From an uncultured bacterium (lineage in GTDB: Bacteria; Cyanobacteriota; Vampirovibrionia; Obscuribacterales; Obscuribacteraceae), in NCBI GenBank assembly GCA_913063055.1, contig CAJXZK010000001.1, positions 1 through 55,864 on the forward strand: a stretch of DNA of 55,864 nt. Direction: 5' to 3'. Each line of letters begins with the position of its first letter. Within the stretch, counting starts at the first letter, position 1. The translations under genes and the position numbers were made by a program. Below, in pieces: positions 17,549 to 27,031 of this stretch. The notes beneath the pieces were generated by a model. It saw only the letters and a program-made list of their open reading frames with translations. It made no database searches and had not been told where the DNA came from.

Positions 17549-20416
17549 CTACTTAGGCCGATGAGCTTCGATAATGCTCGCGCTATTCTCATCGAGCCAC
17601 CGCTGCGCCCCTTCCTGATTGGTGAAATCGCCTTCGCGCTGCGCTTCGCGGGCAGCTTCAATGACAGCTTTAAAATGCGGTCCCGGTTTAATATTCATAT
17701 TGAGCAGCATATGACCATTAACAATGGGCTTCTCACCAAGCTTACCTGCTTCTTTCAGCTCTTCCAACTTTTGCAATAGAAACTCTTTGTGAGAGCGTCC
17801 AGCGTCAGAATTTTTACTGCCAGTGGCATCGGCGTGCTGAATCTCAATTAAATCCATGACGTCTGGTCGCTCCAGCAGGGCTGTAAGCTTACCGGGACGC
17901 ATGACCGTAACTTCGTGCATTGCCATGTGCAAGCGCACCAACTCAGAAATGCGCTCTTGTTGATTAGAAGACAGCTTTAGTCTGCGAGCAATTTCTTGCG
18001 TAATCTCTGCACCTTTGGCGTCATGACCATGGTTAGAGATGCCACCATCAGGCCAGAATTTCTGCGTTGCGGGCTTACCAACATCATGCAAGAGTCCACC
18101 CATCATGCGCTCAAAATTTCCGCCTGTGAGATTTTTCAAGACCAGTTTCGTGTGGGTCCAGACCGTTCCTTCCGGGTGCCATACAGGGTCTTGCCGCCCT
18201 TTTGGCCCTCTTAACTTATAGACCTCAGGCAAAACTTGTTTCATCAAGCCAGAGTCCATCATAATTTGCATGCCGCGCACGGGGTTAGAAGAGGTCAACA
18301 TCCCTTTGATTTCGTCGCGCACCCGCTCGCTAGAAACAGCATGAATACCAAACGAATTAGCTTTTAGAGCGGCCATGGTCTCGGGATCGACAGTGAAACC
18401 CTCATACTTAGAAGCAAAGCGAGGCACACGAAGCATACGTAATTTGTCTTCAGAAAAACGCTCTGCCGGATCACCCACCGAGCGAATAATCTTACGGGCA
18501 AGATCGTGCTGACCACCATGAAAATCGTAAATTACTCCAGTGACAGGATCTTGGAACATGGCATTGATCGTCAAATCACGTCGAGCAGCATCGGCCGATA
18601 GAGAACTGACAAACTGCACGCCGTCTGGCCTGCGGCCATCAGAGTAAGTGCTCTCCGAGCGCAATGTGGCAATTTCAAACTCACGACCATTGACGACCAC
18701 ATTGATCACGCCAAAAGCTTTGCCCACAGGAATTACTTTATAGCCTTGATCTAAGAATAATCTTTCGACCTGATCTGGTGTGGCAGAAGTGGCAATGTCA
18801 TAGTCTTTCGGCGTCTTCCGCATAAGCAAATCGCGCACTGCACCACCGGCAAATACACCAATGTGTTGTTTGTCTTGCAGTGTCTGAACCAAGTGAGTAC
18901 CAAGCTCGCGCTGATAGGCAGACTCTGCTTCGGGACTTAGCTCGGCAGCCTGCTTTAGCTCAGCAAGATCGCCAGCCCCATGGCCAGGACCATTTCCATG
19001 ATCACCATGATTATCATGATCATGGAAATTGCGATTGGGACGAAACTGCCCCTGACTCTGCTCGAACTGCTTAAACTCTAGGGCCCAATGCTGTTCATAG
19101 GTAAGATTGCCGACCTTTAAATTAGGAATTAAGGCCGCCAGCGACTCCACTCCAGCAAGATTTGCAGTGGCGCCGGGTTTAACCACTGGCGAAATTTCAG
19201 CGCCAAATTTTCCCTGGGTCAACTCGCCACGAATCGCCGCCTCGCTACTGCGAGCCTCAAGTTCCTGACCTAATCTGGTTTCTCTATATTTTTGCCAAGC
19301 AGCATCCCGATTTCCTTCTTTCAAGTTGTCTGCAGCAGCCTTGAACTGTTGCTCAAGAGCCAGAGGCAACTTATGCTGACTCAAGTGCTTCAGCTCATGA
19401 CCAAGTTCAGCGGCATCGGCACCACTTTTAAGCTCAACGCGACGAGAGCCAGAAGCAAGCGACTGGGGCGCATCCGTTTGCACTCGCGCCCAGGGATTTT
19501 CACTCAATATGTTTTTGAAGGTGGGTGAACTTTGAGCCTCAACACTAAAATTATTGGCGACCAGGCGATCAACCGGCACACCCCGACCGACAGCCAAATT
19601 CAGGTGATCGGCAGCTTGAGTAATGGCACGCTGACCCAGGGGCAAAGCATGATTCATGACCATGCCACCAACCGCTGCTTTGGTCAAAGTCTCGGTATCG
19701 GCTAATTTGCCCTCGGCAATGGCAGTCGCAGTCAAGGTTTGCACACCGCCACCGACAAAGCCAGTAGCTGTGCGAGCTAACAGACGTCCAGCTAAACCAC
19801 TATGAGAGGCCAGCATATTGCCAGCTTCGAAAACTCCAAACCCAGCGGCACCGGCCACTCCATTGCCCAACCTTGACTCGCCGGGCCTGACTTCGCGCAC
19901 CGTATCATAAGCAAAAGCACCAAGCACAGAGGCGGTTGAACTACTCTGCATGGCCTTAGCAGCAAAGCCCTCTAGGGCCAGATGCGAGCCCGTTGCCCGC
20001 AAGGCAGAGCCAGCGGCTTTACCGGCGATCACATAGGGCACGAGCGACCCCAGACCGCCAGAAACAGTTTGTGCCAGCCAGCCAGCCGACAAAAACTCAG
20101 CTGGGGCAACCTGCATGGGCTCAAACTTACCAATCAGCGGGGCTTCTTTTGTATGGCTGTCTTTTGTATCACTATCTTTTGTATGACTATCTTTGCCACT
20201 AACAAAACTATAGGCGCCATTCACCCCTGAAATAACTGTGTTAGCTGGCTCAAGTAAACCAGCATTAACCGCTGGCGCGACAACATTTTCCTTTACGCTA
20301 GTAAGGGCCTCAGAAACCAGATTGCCGCTAGCCCGTTTGCCTGCTTCCACATAAGCATTGCCTAGCTCCTTGAAGCCTGGGGCGCTCAATTCAGGATCAT
20401 TAGGTCTAATTGGCAT
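17549..20416 (-). CDS. Fusion: toxin-like N-terminal half (Gly-rich hydrophobic region + HExxH) with a C-terminal class II CCA-type tRNA nucleotidyltransferase and HD domain
   Basis: GGAVRD..DYDIAT, EIATLR, RRDLTINAM, EDKLR, HPEG, LLHDVGKP in the C-terminal ~450 aa; GHELKH...ELEAR upstream. Confidence 0.9.
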   Translation of the reverse strand: MPIRPNDPELSAPGFKELGNAYVEAGKRASGNLVSEALTSVKENVVAPAVNAGLLEPANTVISGVNGAYSFVSGKDSHTKDSDTKDSHTKEAPLIGKFEPMQVAPAEFLSAGWLAQTVSGGLGSLVPYVIAGKAAGSALRATGSHLALEGFAAKAMQSSSTASVLGAFAYDTVREVRPGESRLGNGVAGAAGFGVFEAGNMLASHSGLAGRLLARTATGFVGGGVQTLTATAIAEGKLADTETLTKAAVGGMVMNHALPLGQRAITQAADHLNLAVGRGVPVDRLVANNFSVEAQSSPTFKNILSENPWARVQTDAPQSLASGSRRVELKSGADAAELGHELKHLSQHKLPLALEQQFKAAADNLKEGNRDAAWQKYRETRLGQELEARSSEAAIRGELTQGKFGAEISPVVKPGATANLAGVESLAALIPNLKVGNLTYEQHWALEFKQFEQSQGQFRPNRNFHDHDNHGDHGNGPGHGAGDLAELKQAAELSPEAESAYQRELGTHLVQTLQDKQHIGVFAGGAVRDLLMRKTPKDYDIATSATPDQVERLFLDQGYKVIPVGKAFGVINVVVNGREFEIATLRSESTYSDGRRPDGVQFVSSLSADAARRDLTINAMFQDPVTGVIYDFHGGQHDLARKIIRSVGDPAERFSEDKLRMLRVPRFASKYEGFTVDPETMAALKANSFGIHAVSSERVRDEIKGMLTSSNPVRGMQIMMDSGLMKQVLPEVYKLRGPKGRQDPVWHPEGTVWTHTKLVLKNLTGGNFERMMGGLLHDVGKPATQKFWPDGGISNHGHDAKGAEITQEIARRLKLSSNQQERISELVRLHMAMHEVTVMRPGKLTALLERPDVMDLIEIQHADATGSKNSDAGRSHKEFLLQKLEELKEAGKLGEKPIVNGHMLLNMNIKPGPHFKAVIEAAREAQREGDFTNQEGAQRWLDENSASIIEAHRPK
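20146..20194. repeat. 15-bp in-frame tandem repeat x3 (KDSHT/KDSDT)
   Basis: CTTTTGTAT-based units inside the CCA-fusion gene. Confidence 0.75.
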
Positions 20417-20637
20417 ACCCTAATTTCGCCTAATCAGGCCAGGCGCACAATGGGGAATACCGCCAGCAATATTAAATCGGAAATCCTAAATAGGACGCGC
20501 TAGAATTAAACGAATTAAGCGAATTAAGCTCAGCCACTCCTGCTCAGCTGAACAAGCAGACACTTTTGCAAAATAGTTGAGTACTCAAGTATTTTAAAAA
20601 GCAGGACTAGCGAGAAGAAATTATTTGCAGGAATTAT

Positions 20638-21606
20638 TTGAAGGAAACACTTGAAGTAATGGGCACTCCAAACAAAACCAAAACAAGTTTAGGCCGCGCT
20701 CTTGCCACTAAACTCATAGCCGCAGTGCTTGTGGCAGCCAGCGCAAGCGGCTTAGATTTATTGTTGCTGGCCCAGCCAGCCCAAGCAGAGCGGCGCGCTG
20801 ACCATGTCTTCATTGTTAGCTTTGATGGCGGCAAACCAAGCGTCATGAAGCAGAGCAAAATGCCCACGGTCTTTAAGCTTTCAGACGATGGCGCCACAAG
20901 CTGGACAGCCCAGACTATTTTTCCGAGCATTACATTGACTTCGCATACTTCAATGCTTACAGGCGTTGGCCCAGAGAAGCACAACACCCTGTGGAACGAC
21001 TGGGAACCAGAGCAAGGCATGGTCAAAGTACCAACTATTTTCGCCCTTGCTACCAAGCAAAACTTGACCACAGCCATGTTCGTTGGCAAACCAAAATTTA
21101 TACACCTCTATCAGGCTCACACAGTTAATAGATTCTCGCTGCCGTCTTACGAATCGAAAGCAGTGGCCGCCTGCGCCGCGCAATATATTGAGCAGCGCAA
21201 ACCGAACCTCTGCTTCATTCACTTTGCTGACCCAGACGGTGCTGGCCATCAGTACGGCTGGGGCTCAAAGGAACAGATACAAGCTTTAGCAGATTCAGAT
21301 GCGGCTCTTGATACAGTAATAAAAGCAATCGAGAAAGCTGGCATTCAAAAAACCTCAGTGGTTATCCTCACTGCCGATCACGGTGGTCACGATAAAACTC
21401 ACGGCTCGCGCTCACCAGAAGATATGACCATTCCTTGGATAGTCTGGGGTGACGGCGTCAAGCACGGCTTTAAGATTACAGAACCAGTCACCACATACGA
21501 TACCTCGGCAACGGCTTTATGGTTGCTCGATGTACCAATTCCAAAAGAATTTGATGGCAAACCAATCAAATCAGCATTTGCCGAACAAACAACGGCTCAA
21601 AACTGA
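20638..21606 (+). CDS. Exported alkaline phosphatase superfamily protein (nucleotide pyrophosphatase/phosphodiesterase)
   Basis: Signal peptide ending AQA; SFDG, SITLTSH (Thr nucleophile), DGAGH, TADHGG, H. Confidence 0.9.
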   Translation: MKETLEVMGTPNKTKTSLGRALATKLIAAVLVAASASGLDLLLLAQPAQAERRADHVFIVSFDGGKPSVMKQSKMPTVFKLSDDGATSWTAQTIFPSITLTSHTSMLTGVGPEKHNTLWNDWEPEQGMVKVPTIFALATKQNLTTAMFVGKPKFIHLYQAHTVNRFSLPSYESKAVAACAAQYIEQRKPNLCFIHFADPDGAGHQYGWGSKEQIQALADSDAALDTVIKAIEKAGIQKTSVVILTADHGGHDKTHGSRSPEDMTIPWIVWGDGVKHGFKITEPVTTYDTSATALWLLDVPIPKEFDGKPIKSAFAEQTTAQN

Positions 21607-21630
21607 TGATTGGCAGACTAGTCGATAACT

Positions 21631-22311
21631 CTATTTGACGATACGGTCAAGAATTTTCAAGACGCGGTCATCTTCAGGATCAAGGCGAAGGGCTTCAGCC
21701 AACACTTTACCGGCTTCGGTCTTCTCGCCTGTTGCCTCAAGAACACGACCTAAATTGTAATAGGCATTCTCATAGTTAGGCTTTTGATTGATTGCCAGCT
21801 TGTATTCTTCAACAGCTCTCTTGTTATCACCAACTCCAGACAAAGCATTGCCCAGCACAACGTGATAAATAGGTTGGCTCTGGTCGAGGTTTACAGCCTG
21901 TTGTGCTTGATCAAGAGCAGGTTGCATCTTGCCTTGCTCAAAATAGACAACACTTAAGTTTGAATGTGCTTGGTGCATCTTGGGGTCTAGTTCGACCGCT
22001 TTGCGCAATTCAACTTCTGCACTCTTCAAATCGTTATTAAGACGAAGAGCCCAGCCCAAGTCATTGTGGGCCACGGCATCATTGGGCTTATCAGCAACAA
22101 CTTTGCGCAGTGTTTCAACAGAAAGTTCGTTCTTGCCTTGGGCAGCAGTAGTCCAGCTACCCGAGCGACCAGCATTGAGAGCTTGGGCATCAGGACCAGA
22201 TTCACCGGTCTTCGCCTTTTTGGCAAAAGCACCGCTGGTAACACCACTAGAAGCAAGAGCGACAACTAGGCTGAGCAATATGAAAGAACTTTTGCGTGAA
22301 ACTTTGTGCAT
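21631..22311 (-). CDS. Exported TPR protein
   Basis: Signal peptide (AFA); TPRs such as AHNDLGWAL and AYYNLGRVL. Confidence 0.85.
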   Translation of the reverse strand: MHKVSRKSSFILLSLVVALASSGVTSGAFAKKAKTGESGPDAQALNAGRSGSWTTAAQGKNELSVETLRKVVADKPNDAVAHNDLGWALRLNNDLKSAEVELRKAVELDPKMHQAHSNLSVVYFEQGKMQPALDQAQQAVNLDQSQPIYHVVLGNALSGVGDNKRAVEEYKLAINQKPNYENAYYNLGRVLEATGEKTEAGKVLAEALRLDPEDDRVLKILDRIVK

Positions 22312-22449
22312 GGCAGAATCTAACCCTTTAAACAGGCAACAAGCAAAAGTTTACTACGACCGGCCCAAGCAAACCATTGATTGATTTAACGTTTAGGCCT
22401 CCTAGCAATTAGCCGCGGGCAATAAGCTGGCGCCGGGGCCTCATTAGGC

Positions 22450-22635
22450 TCACCCTGGTGGACCATTAATAGACCACATTATGAAGCACATGCCAGCAGC
22501 CACAATCATCAATGAGAAGATCAAGGCCTCAAATACGTTCTTTGCATCTTCAAAAGCCTGGAAAGTAAAGACCCCGCCGCCACCAACAAAGATAGCGCCG
22601 ATTATAAAAAGCAAAATTCTCTCAATCGGTTCCAT
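22450..22635 (-). CDS. Small two-TM membrane protein
   Basis: GAAGGA RBS; two hydrophobic helices. Confidence 0.6.
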   Translation of the reverse strand: MEPIERILLFIIGAIFVGGGGVFTFQAFEDAKNVFEALIFSLMIVAAGMCFIMWSINGPPG

Positions 22636-22668
22636 TGGGCTTTCCTTCGACTATCGCTATCTTAAGCC

Positions 22669-23064
22669 TCAACCCGATTTTTTAGCAGGGGGCATACTAC
22701 GCAAAACGAGTATGAGAATCAACATTCCTACAAATCCGACCGAAACAAGCAGCAATTGCAGGTATTTTTCGTCGCGGGCGACCTGAACCTGTAGATTTCT
22801 GCGGCGCAAAAACTTGCGCGGGCGAGCTGGCGGGCGCGAAGTGCTAATTTTAGGAATAAACTCAACATTGCGCAAAACCGCAACACCTGGCTGGGCATGG
22901 CCATCGGGATGATTCTCTAGGCCCTCAGCTTTGAGGCTATTAATGCCGACAAAACTGGCCGAAAGCGCCAAACTACAACTGACGAAGGCAAAAAGAGCTA
23001 ATTTTAAAAACTGTTTTTGTCTCTTGTAACTATGGCCTACAGAGAATTTGCTTCCTAATCTCAC
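22669..23064 (-). CDS. Hypothetical membrane protein
   Basis: N-terminal signal/TM and C-terminal TM. Confidence 0.55.
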   Translation of the reverse strand: MRLGSKFSVGHSYKRQKQFLKLALFAFVSCSLALSASFVGINSLKAEGLENHPDGHAQPGVAVLRNVEFIPKISTSRPPARPRKFLRRRNLQVQVARDEKYLQLLLVSVGFVGMLILILVLRSMPPAKKSG

Positions 23065-23143
23065 TATCGATTCCGTGCCTAATGGGTTTATAGCGCTTCT
23101 ATATTATCGTTCCAGTCAATTACTGATTATTCAAATGCTGATT

Positions 23144-24262
23144 TTAGCGCCAGTTACTAATACTAACAGGCATGCGCTTACGGCCCCAACGCCCCTTGGC
23201 CGCCCCAAAGACCCCAGCAATGGCGCCGCCGCAACCGTTACATAAGCCAGATGGGCCGTCTATATTATATTTTCCAATCTCGTACCAGTTGCGCTCAATC
23301 AAAAGTTTTTGGCAGGACGGACAATAGGTGCTCTGATGCCTGACATCATCCACATTGCCTACATATACATACTTAAGGCCCAAGCTCATGGCAATTTGGC
23401 GAGCACGCAGAAGAGTAGCCGGGGGAGTTGGTGGACGCTCATCTAAGCGAAAATCAGGGTGGAAAGCAGTAAAGTGCAGAGGCACATCGCTGCCAAGATT
23501 AGCCAAAATCCACTCGCACATAGCCTGAAACTCAGTATCTGAATCATTCTCATGGGGAATTACCAAATTTGTGATTTCAAACCAGACATTGCTTTCGTGC
23601 TTGAGCCACTTTAGGGTATCGAGCACCGGTTCGAGGTGAGAAAGAGTCAGCCTCTTATAGAAGACTTCGGTGAAGGCTTTAAGGTCGACGTTGGCGGCGT
23701 CCATAACCGAATAGAACTCTGGCCGCGCCTCCGCGGTGATGTAGCCAGCCGTAACCGCCACAGTCTTAATGCCTAGCTGGCGGCAAGCTTTAGCCGTATC
23801 GATGGCATACTCGGCCCAAATCACTGGATCGTTATAAGTAAAAGCCACAGAAGCACAGCCGAGCTCTTGTGCCGCCAGGGCAATTTGCTCAGGACTGGCT
23901 TTCTCGCTTAACAGCTCAATTTCGCGAGACTTACTAATTGACCAGTTTTGGCAAAACTGGCAACCAAGATTGCATCCAGCGGTACCAAAAGAAAGCACGC
24001 TTGTGCCGGGGAGAAAATGATTGAGCGGCTTTTTCTCAATAGGATCAATACAAAAGCCAGTACTGCGCCCATAAGTGGTGAGCTTTACTGAATCTTGTAA
24101 ATTTTGCCGGACGAAGCAAAAACCCCTATCCCCTTCTTTTAACTGACAAAAGCGCGGGCACAGGTCGCATTGCACTCGCCCATCGGCGAGCTTGTGCCAG
24201 TAACGCCCGTCAACTATGTATTGCTGCTCGTTCGCTTCTTTGTCCATATCTTCCTTGTCCAT
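23144..24262 (-). CDS. amrS: AmmeMemoRadiSam system radical SAM enzyme
   Basis: N-terminal CDLCPRFC, DPIEKKPLNHF, CNLGCQFC (CxxxCxxC), QNWSIS, C-terminal CPSC. Confidence 0.92.
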   Translation of the reverse strand: MDKEDMDKEANEQQYIVDGRYWHKLADGRVQCDLCPRFCQLKEGDRGFCFVRQNLQDSVKLTTYGRSTGFCIDPIEKKPLNHFLPGTSVLSFGTAGCNLGCQFCQNWSISKSREIELLSEKASPEQIALAAQELGCASVAFTYNDPVIWAEYAIDTAKACRQLGIKTVAVTAGYITAEARPEFYSVMDAANVDLKAFTEVFYKRLTLSHLEPVLDTLKWLKHESNVWFEITNLVIPHENDSDTEFQAMCEWILANLGSDVPLHFTAFHPDFRLDERPPTPPATLLRARQIAMSLGLKYVYVGNVDDVRHQSTYCPSCQKLLIERNWYEIGKYNIDGPSGLCNGCGGAIAGVFGAAKGRWGRKRMPVSISNWR

Positions 24263-24391
24263 ATTTTTAGTATAGATGGCAAGGGAAAGATTAAATGTGA
24301 CTTTTCCATATCAAAAAAAACAGGCTTGCGCATATACACAAGAGTCGAAGTTACCAATGTTCAATTTCCACAGTTAACCCCGGAGCCCAAA

Positions 24392-26308
24392 GTGCCTTTA
24401 GACGTACCCCCTAAAAAAGACGTTCACAAGGAAGGCGACAAGCCTCAAGAACATGCCGGCGACACTCAACAAAGTCGCTTGCTTCTTTCTCTTGAAGCCA
24501 GCAAAAAGCCAGAAGCTAAGGTTGAACAAAAAGCCAAACCAGCAGCCAGTGATGAAAGTATGGCCGCATATATCTCCAGCGGAATCGACAAAGCATCCTC
24601 ACTTCTATCAGATGCAGTGAGCATGCTACCCACCCTTACTATTGACGACAAGAAACCAGCTTCTAGTGAAAAAGTTGACATCAGCAGCTTCCTCAAAGAA
24701 AACTGCAAAGGCGAGGACAAGAACGAAGCCTGCAAAGTCACTCCAGTGGATGCCGGAGTCAAAGGTTTTGTCTTCAAAGCCGAAAAACCACTAGTAGAAG
24801 ACAAAAAAGAAGGCGCAACCCTTAGCACTGCCGAAACCAAACTTTCTAGCAGCGACTGGAACAAACTTTTCGCCGCCTATGACTCCCAAAATCCAAGCAA
24901 AGCCGGTCAAGTAGAACGTACCACCAATGGTCTGGTACACCGCGACAGCACTGGCAAAGCCGATGTAGTCAGAACTGCTGAAGGCACAATATTGAGAACC
25001 ACCGACGGCGGCCAACTGAATGCCTCAGACGCTGGTGACAAAATCAAAGTTGGACCAGATGGAAAACTCCAGGCCTCTTTCGATAAAGATGGCAATTTCA
25101 CCGCCGTGCTCGATAGCGGCAATCGCATGGTGATTGAAAAAGGTAGCGAGCATGCTTACTTTGTCGACGCTGCTGGTAATCGCTTCGGCCAAGTCTTCAA
25201 CAGAAAAGACGGCGGCTTTGAGGTAATCGGTGAATACAAAAACGGCAAACTGATTGCCACCAATGGCGAAATGAACACCAAAGATGGGCTAGCCCAAATT
25301 GTAGAAGAAGCCGCCGCTCAAGCGGCCACTTCTGGCAAAACCGTAGTCGTACAAGCAGATGGCGGCATAGTTGCCGTTGCCGCCGATAAGAGTTTTGTTG
25401 CCCTGCAGAACGATGGTTCATCAATTGTCTCTATGCCCGATGGACGCTACCTGGTTCGCAGCGACAAAGGCGAACTGTCGATCTGCTCACCAGATGGCAC
25501 CACTGAAAAAATCTCCAAAGAATTTCTCGATTCAATTCGTGAAAGCAAAAAACCTGAAATGTTGGCTCTACGCAATGCTGCTGAGCAACTTAGAAAATTC
25601 AGCATCACCCACACATTGCACGGTACCGACGGCAAAGCCAGCCTATCGATGATCAACAATATCCTCAGCGGTACCGTCACTGATTCTTTCACCACTCAAC
25701 AACAAAATGGCGTAACTACAACCACAAATCTTGAGACCGGAGCCACACAAACAGTCGACGTCAACAAAAAGACCGTAGAAAACAAATCTGCTGACGGCAC
25801 AGTCGATAGAATTGAAGCCAAGCCTGATGGCAAGTTTAGAATTCAAACCAAAAACTATACCTATGATTCTGGCACCGTAACCACCAAAGAAGGTGACGTT
25901 TTCAGCGCCGATCACGTCAGACTAGCCAACGGCACTGAAATAGACAAAAACAACACAGTAACAATGGCCGATGGAACAACAATTAGAGCCGACGGCACCT
26001 ACACTTCTCAAGGACGAGCCAAAGCCGAAATGGTCATGGCTGCTAAAGTAGCTGAAAGCAAAGCACAAAGCATGGCTGGCTACGCTGAAGGACTAGCTGG
26101 AGCAATTCGCAGCAGAGCAGCCTCAGGACACGCCACCGCCAGTGATATCGCTTCCCTAGAATCAGTATTCGCCGGCCTCTGCGATGCTGTAGCCGCACTC
26201 GGTATGGTTGGTGACCCTTCCGTCTCTTACAAGCTCTACTCAGCCAAAGGCACTGTTTCTGAATCAATCAGCACCAGCCTCGCTAATTTGAACAGCAAAG
26301 CAGCTTAG
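24392..26308 (+). CDS. Large hypothetical protein with beta-rich xDGT repeats and hydrophobic C-terminal helices
   Basis: In-frame GTG 24392 with GGAG RBS (the track start 24170 overlaps amrS); polar leader containing LPTLTID. Confidence 0.75.
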   Translation: MPLDVPPKKDVHKEGDKPQEHAGDTQQSRLLLSLEASKKPEAKVEQKAKPAASDESMAAYISSGIDKASSLLSDAVSMLPTLTIDDKKPASSEKVDISSFLKENCKGEDKNEACKVTPVDAGVKGFVFKAEKPLVEDKKEGATLSTAETKLSSSDWNKLFAAYDSQNPSKAGQVERTTNGLVHRDSTGKADVVRTAEGTILRTTDGGQLNASDAGDKIKVGPDGKLQASFDKDGNFTAVLDSGNRMVIEKGSEHAYFVDAAGNRFGQVFNRKDGGFEVIGEYKNGKLIATNGEMNTKDGLAQIVEEAAAQAATSGKTVVVQADGGIVAVAADKSFVALQNDGSSIVSMPDGRYLVRSDKGELSICSPDGTTEKISKEFLDSIRESKKPEMLALRNAAEQLRKFSITHTLHGTDGKASLSMINNILSGTVTDSFTTQQQNGVTTTTNLETGATQTVDVNKKTVENKSADGTVDRIEAKPDGKFRIQTKNYTYDSGTVTTKEGDVFSADHVRLANGTEIDKNNTVTMADGTTIRADGTYTSQGRAKAEMVMAAKVAESKAQSMAGYAEGLAGAIRSRAASGHATASDIASLESVFAGLCDAVAALGMVGDPSVSYKLYSAKGTVSESISTSLANLNSKAA

Positions 26309-26312
26309 AGAA

Positions 26313-26906
26313 CTAAACTAACTGATACTTCGCCAGCATGGGCTGCCATAAACCGCTCGATTTCAATACTAGCTCGGCTACTTCCCGCAGGGCACCACTG
26401 CCACCATTGGCTCTAGTGACATAATCAGCCTGGGCTCTCATCTCAGGTCGGCCATCGGCAACGCAAACCCCCAGCCCACTGCGTTTAATCAAAGGAAAAT
26501 CAGTAAAGTCATCGCCAATGAAAGAAACATTTTCGTCGGTCAAATTTTCTTTCTGCAAAATCTCTTCGTAGGTGGCGACCTTCTCTAAGAATCCCTGACA
26601 GACATAAGTAATGTTGAGAATGCGCGCCCGCTCGGTCACAGCTGGAGAATCGCGACCACTAATCAAGCCGGTTTTGATACCGCTCCAGTGCAGCATATGA
26701 AAGCCAAGACCGTCTTGCGAATTGAACCCTTTAAATTCGGTTGCTTTACCATCTGGTCCAGGAAAGTAAAAGAGCTTGCCATCGGTTAATACACCATCGA
26801 CATCCATTAAAATCAACTTGATTTTCGCGGCGCGATTTTTTACATCATCGCTTACTTTAGAATTGCTCACTGCAATAAGTATGTCGTCGCTTTCAGGGGG
26901 CTGCAT
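26313..26906 (-). CDS. kdsC: KDO-8-phosphate phosphatase (HAD, YrbI family)
   Basis: MDVDGVLTDG, ISGR, GDDFTD, GGSGALRE. Confidence 0.92.
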   Translation of the reverse strand: MQPPESDDILIAVSNSKVSDDVKNRAAKIKLILMDVDGVLTDGKLFYFPGPDGKATEFKGFNSQDGLGFHMLHWSGIKTGLISGRDSPAVTERARILNITYVCQGFLEKVATYEEILQKENLTDENVSFIGDDFTDFPLIKRSGLGVCVADGRPEMRAQADYVTRANGGSGALREVAELVLKSSGLWQPMLAKYQLV

Positions 26907-27031
26907 AAGTTAATCTCCGATTTGCCCTTCATTTTAGCGAGTTCTTGCATTGAAGTTCTAAGCTATGGATAAATTACTATGCAACATTAGTGACAGCCAC
27001 CGGCTGCAAAGAGGACAAGTCTTAATAGGCC

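Noticed and set aside
20634..21089. Antisense and alternative-frame ORFs across the window (e.g. 20634-21089, 15144-15662, 51229-51636)
   Set aside because: They overlap better-supported genes and show no motifs or RBS.
23144..24262. amrS without adjacent amrA/amrB as a novel system
   Set aside because: The partners may simply lie elsewhere in the genome; nothing in the neighbourhood suggests a new function.
24170..24391. N-terminal extension of the 712-aa ORF
   Set aside because: It overlaps the divergent amrS start; GTG 24392 has an RBS and fits better.
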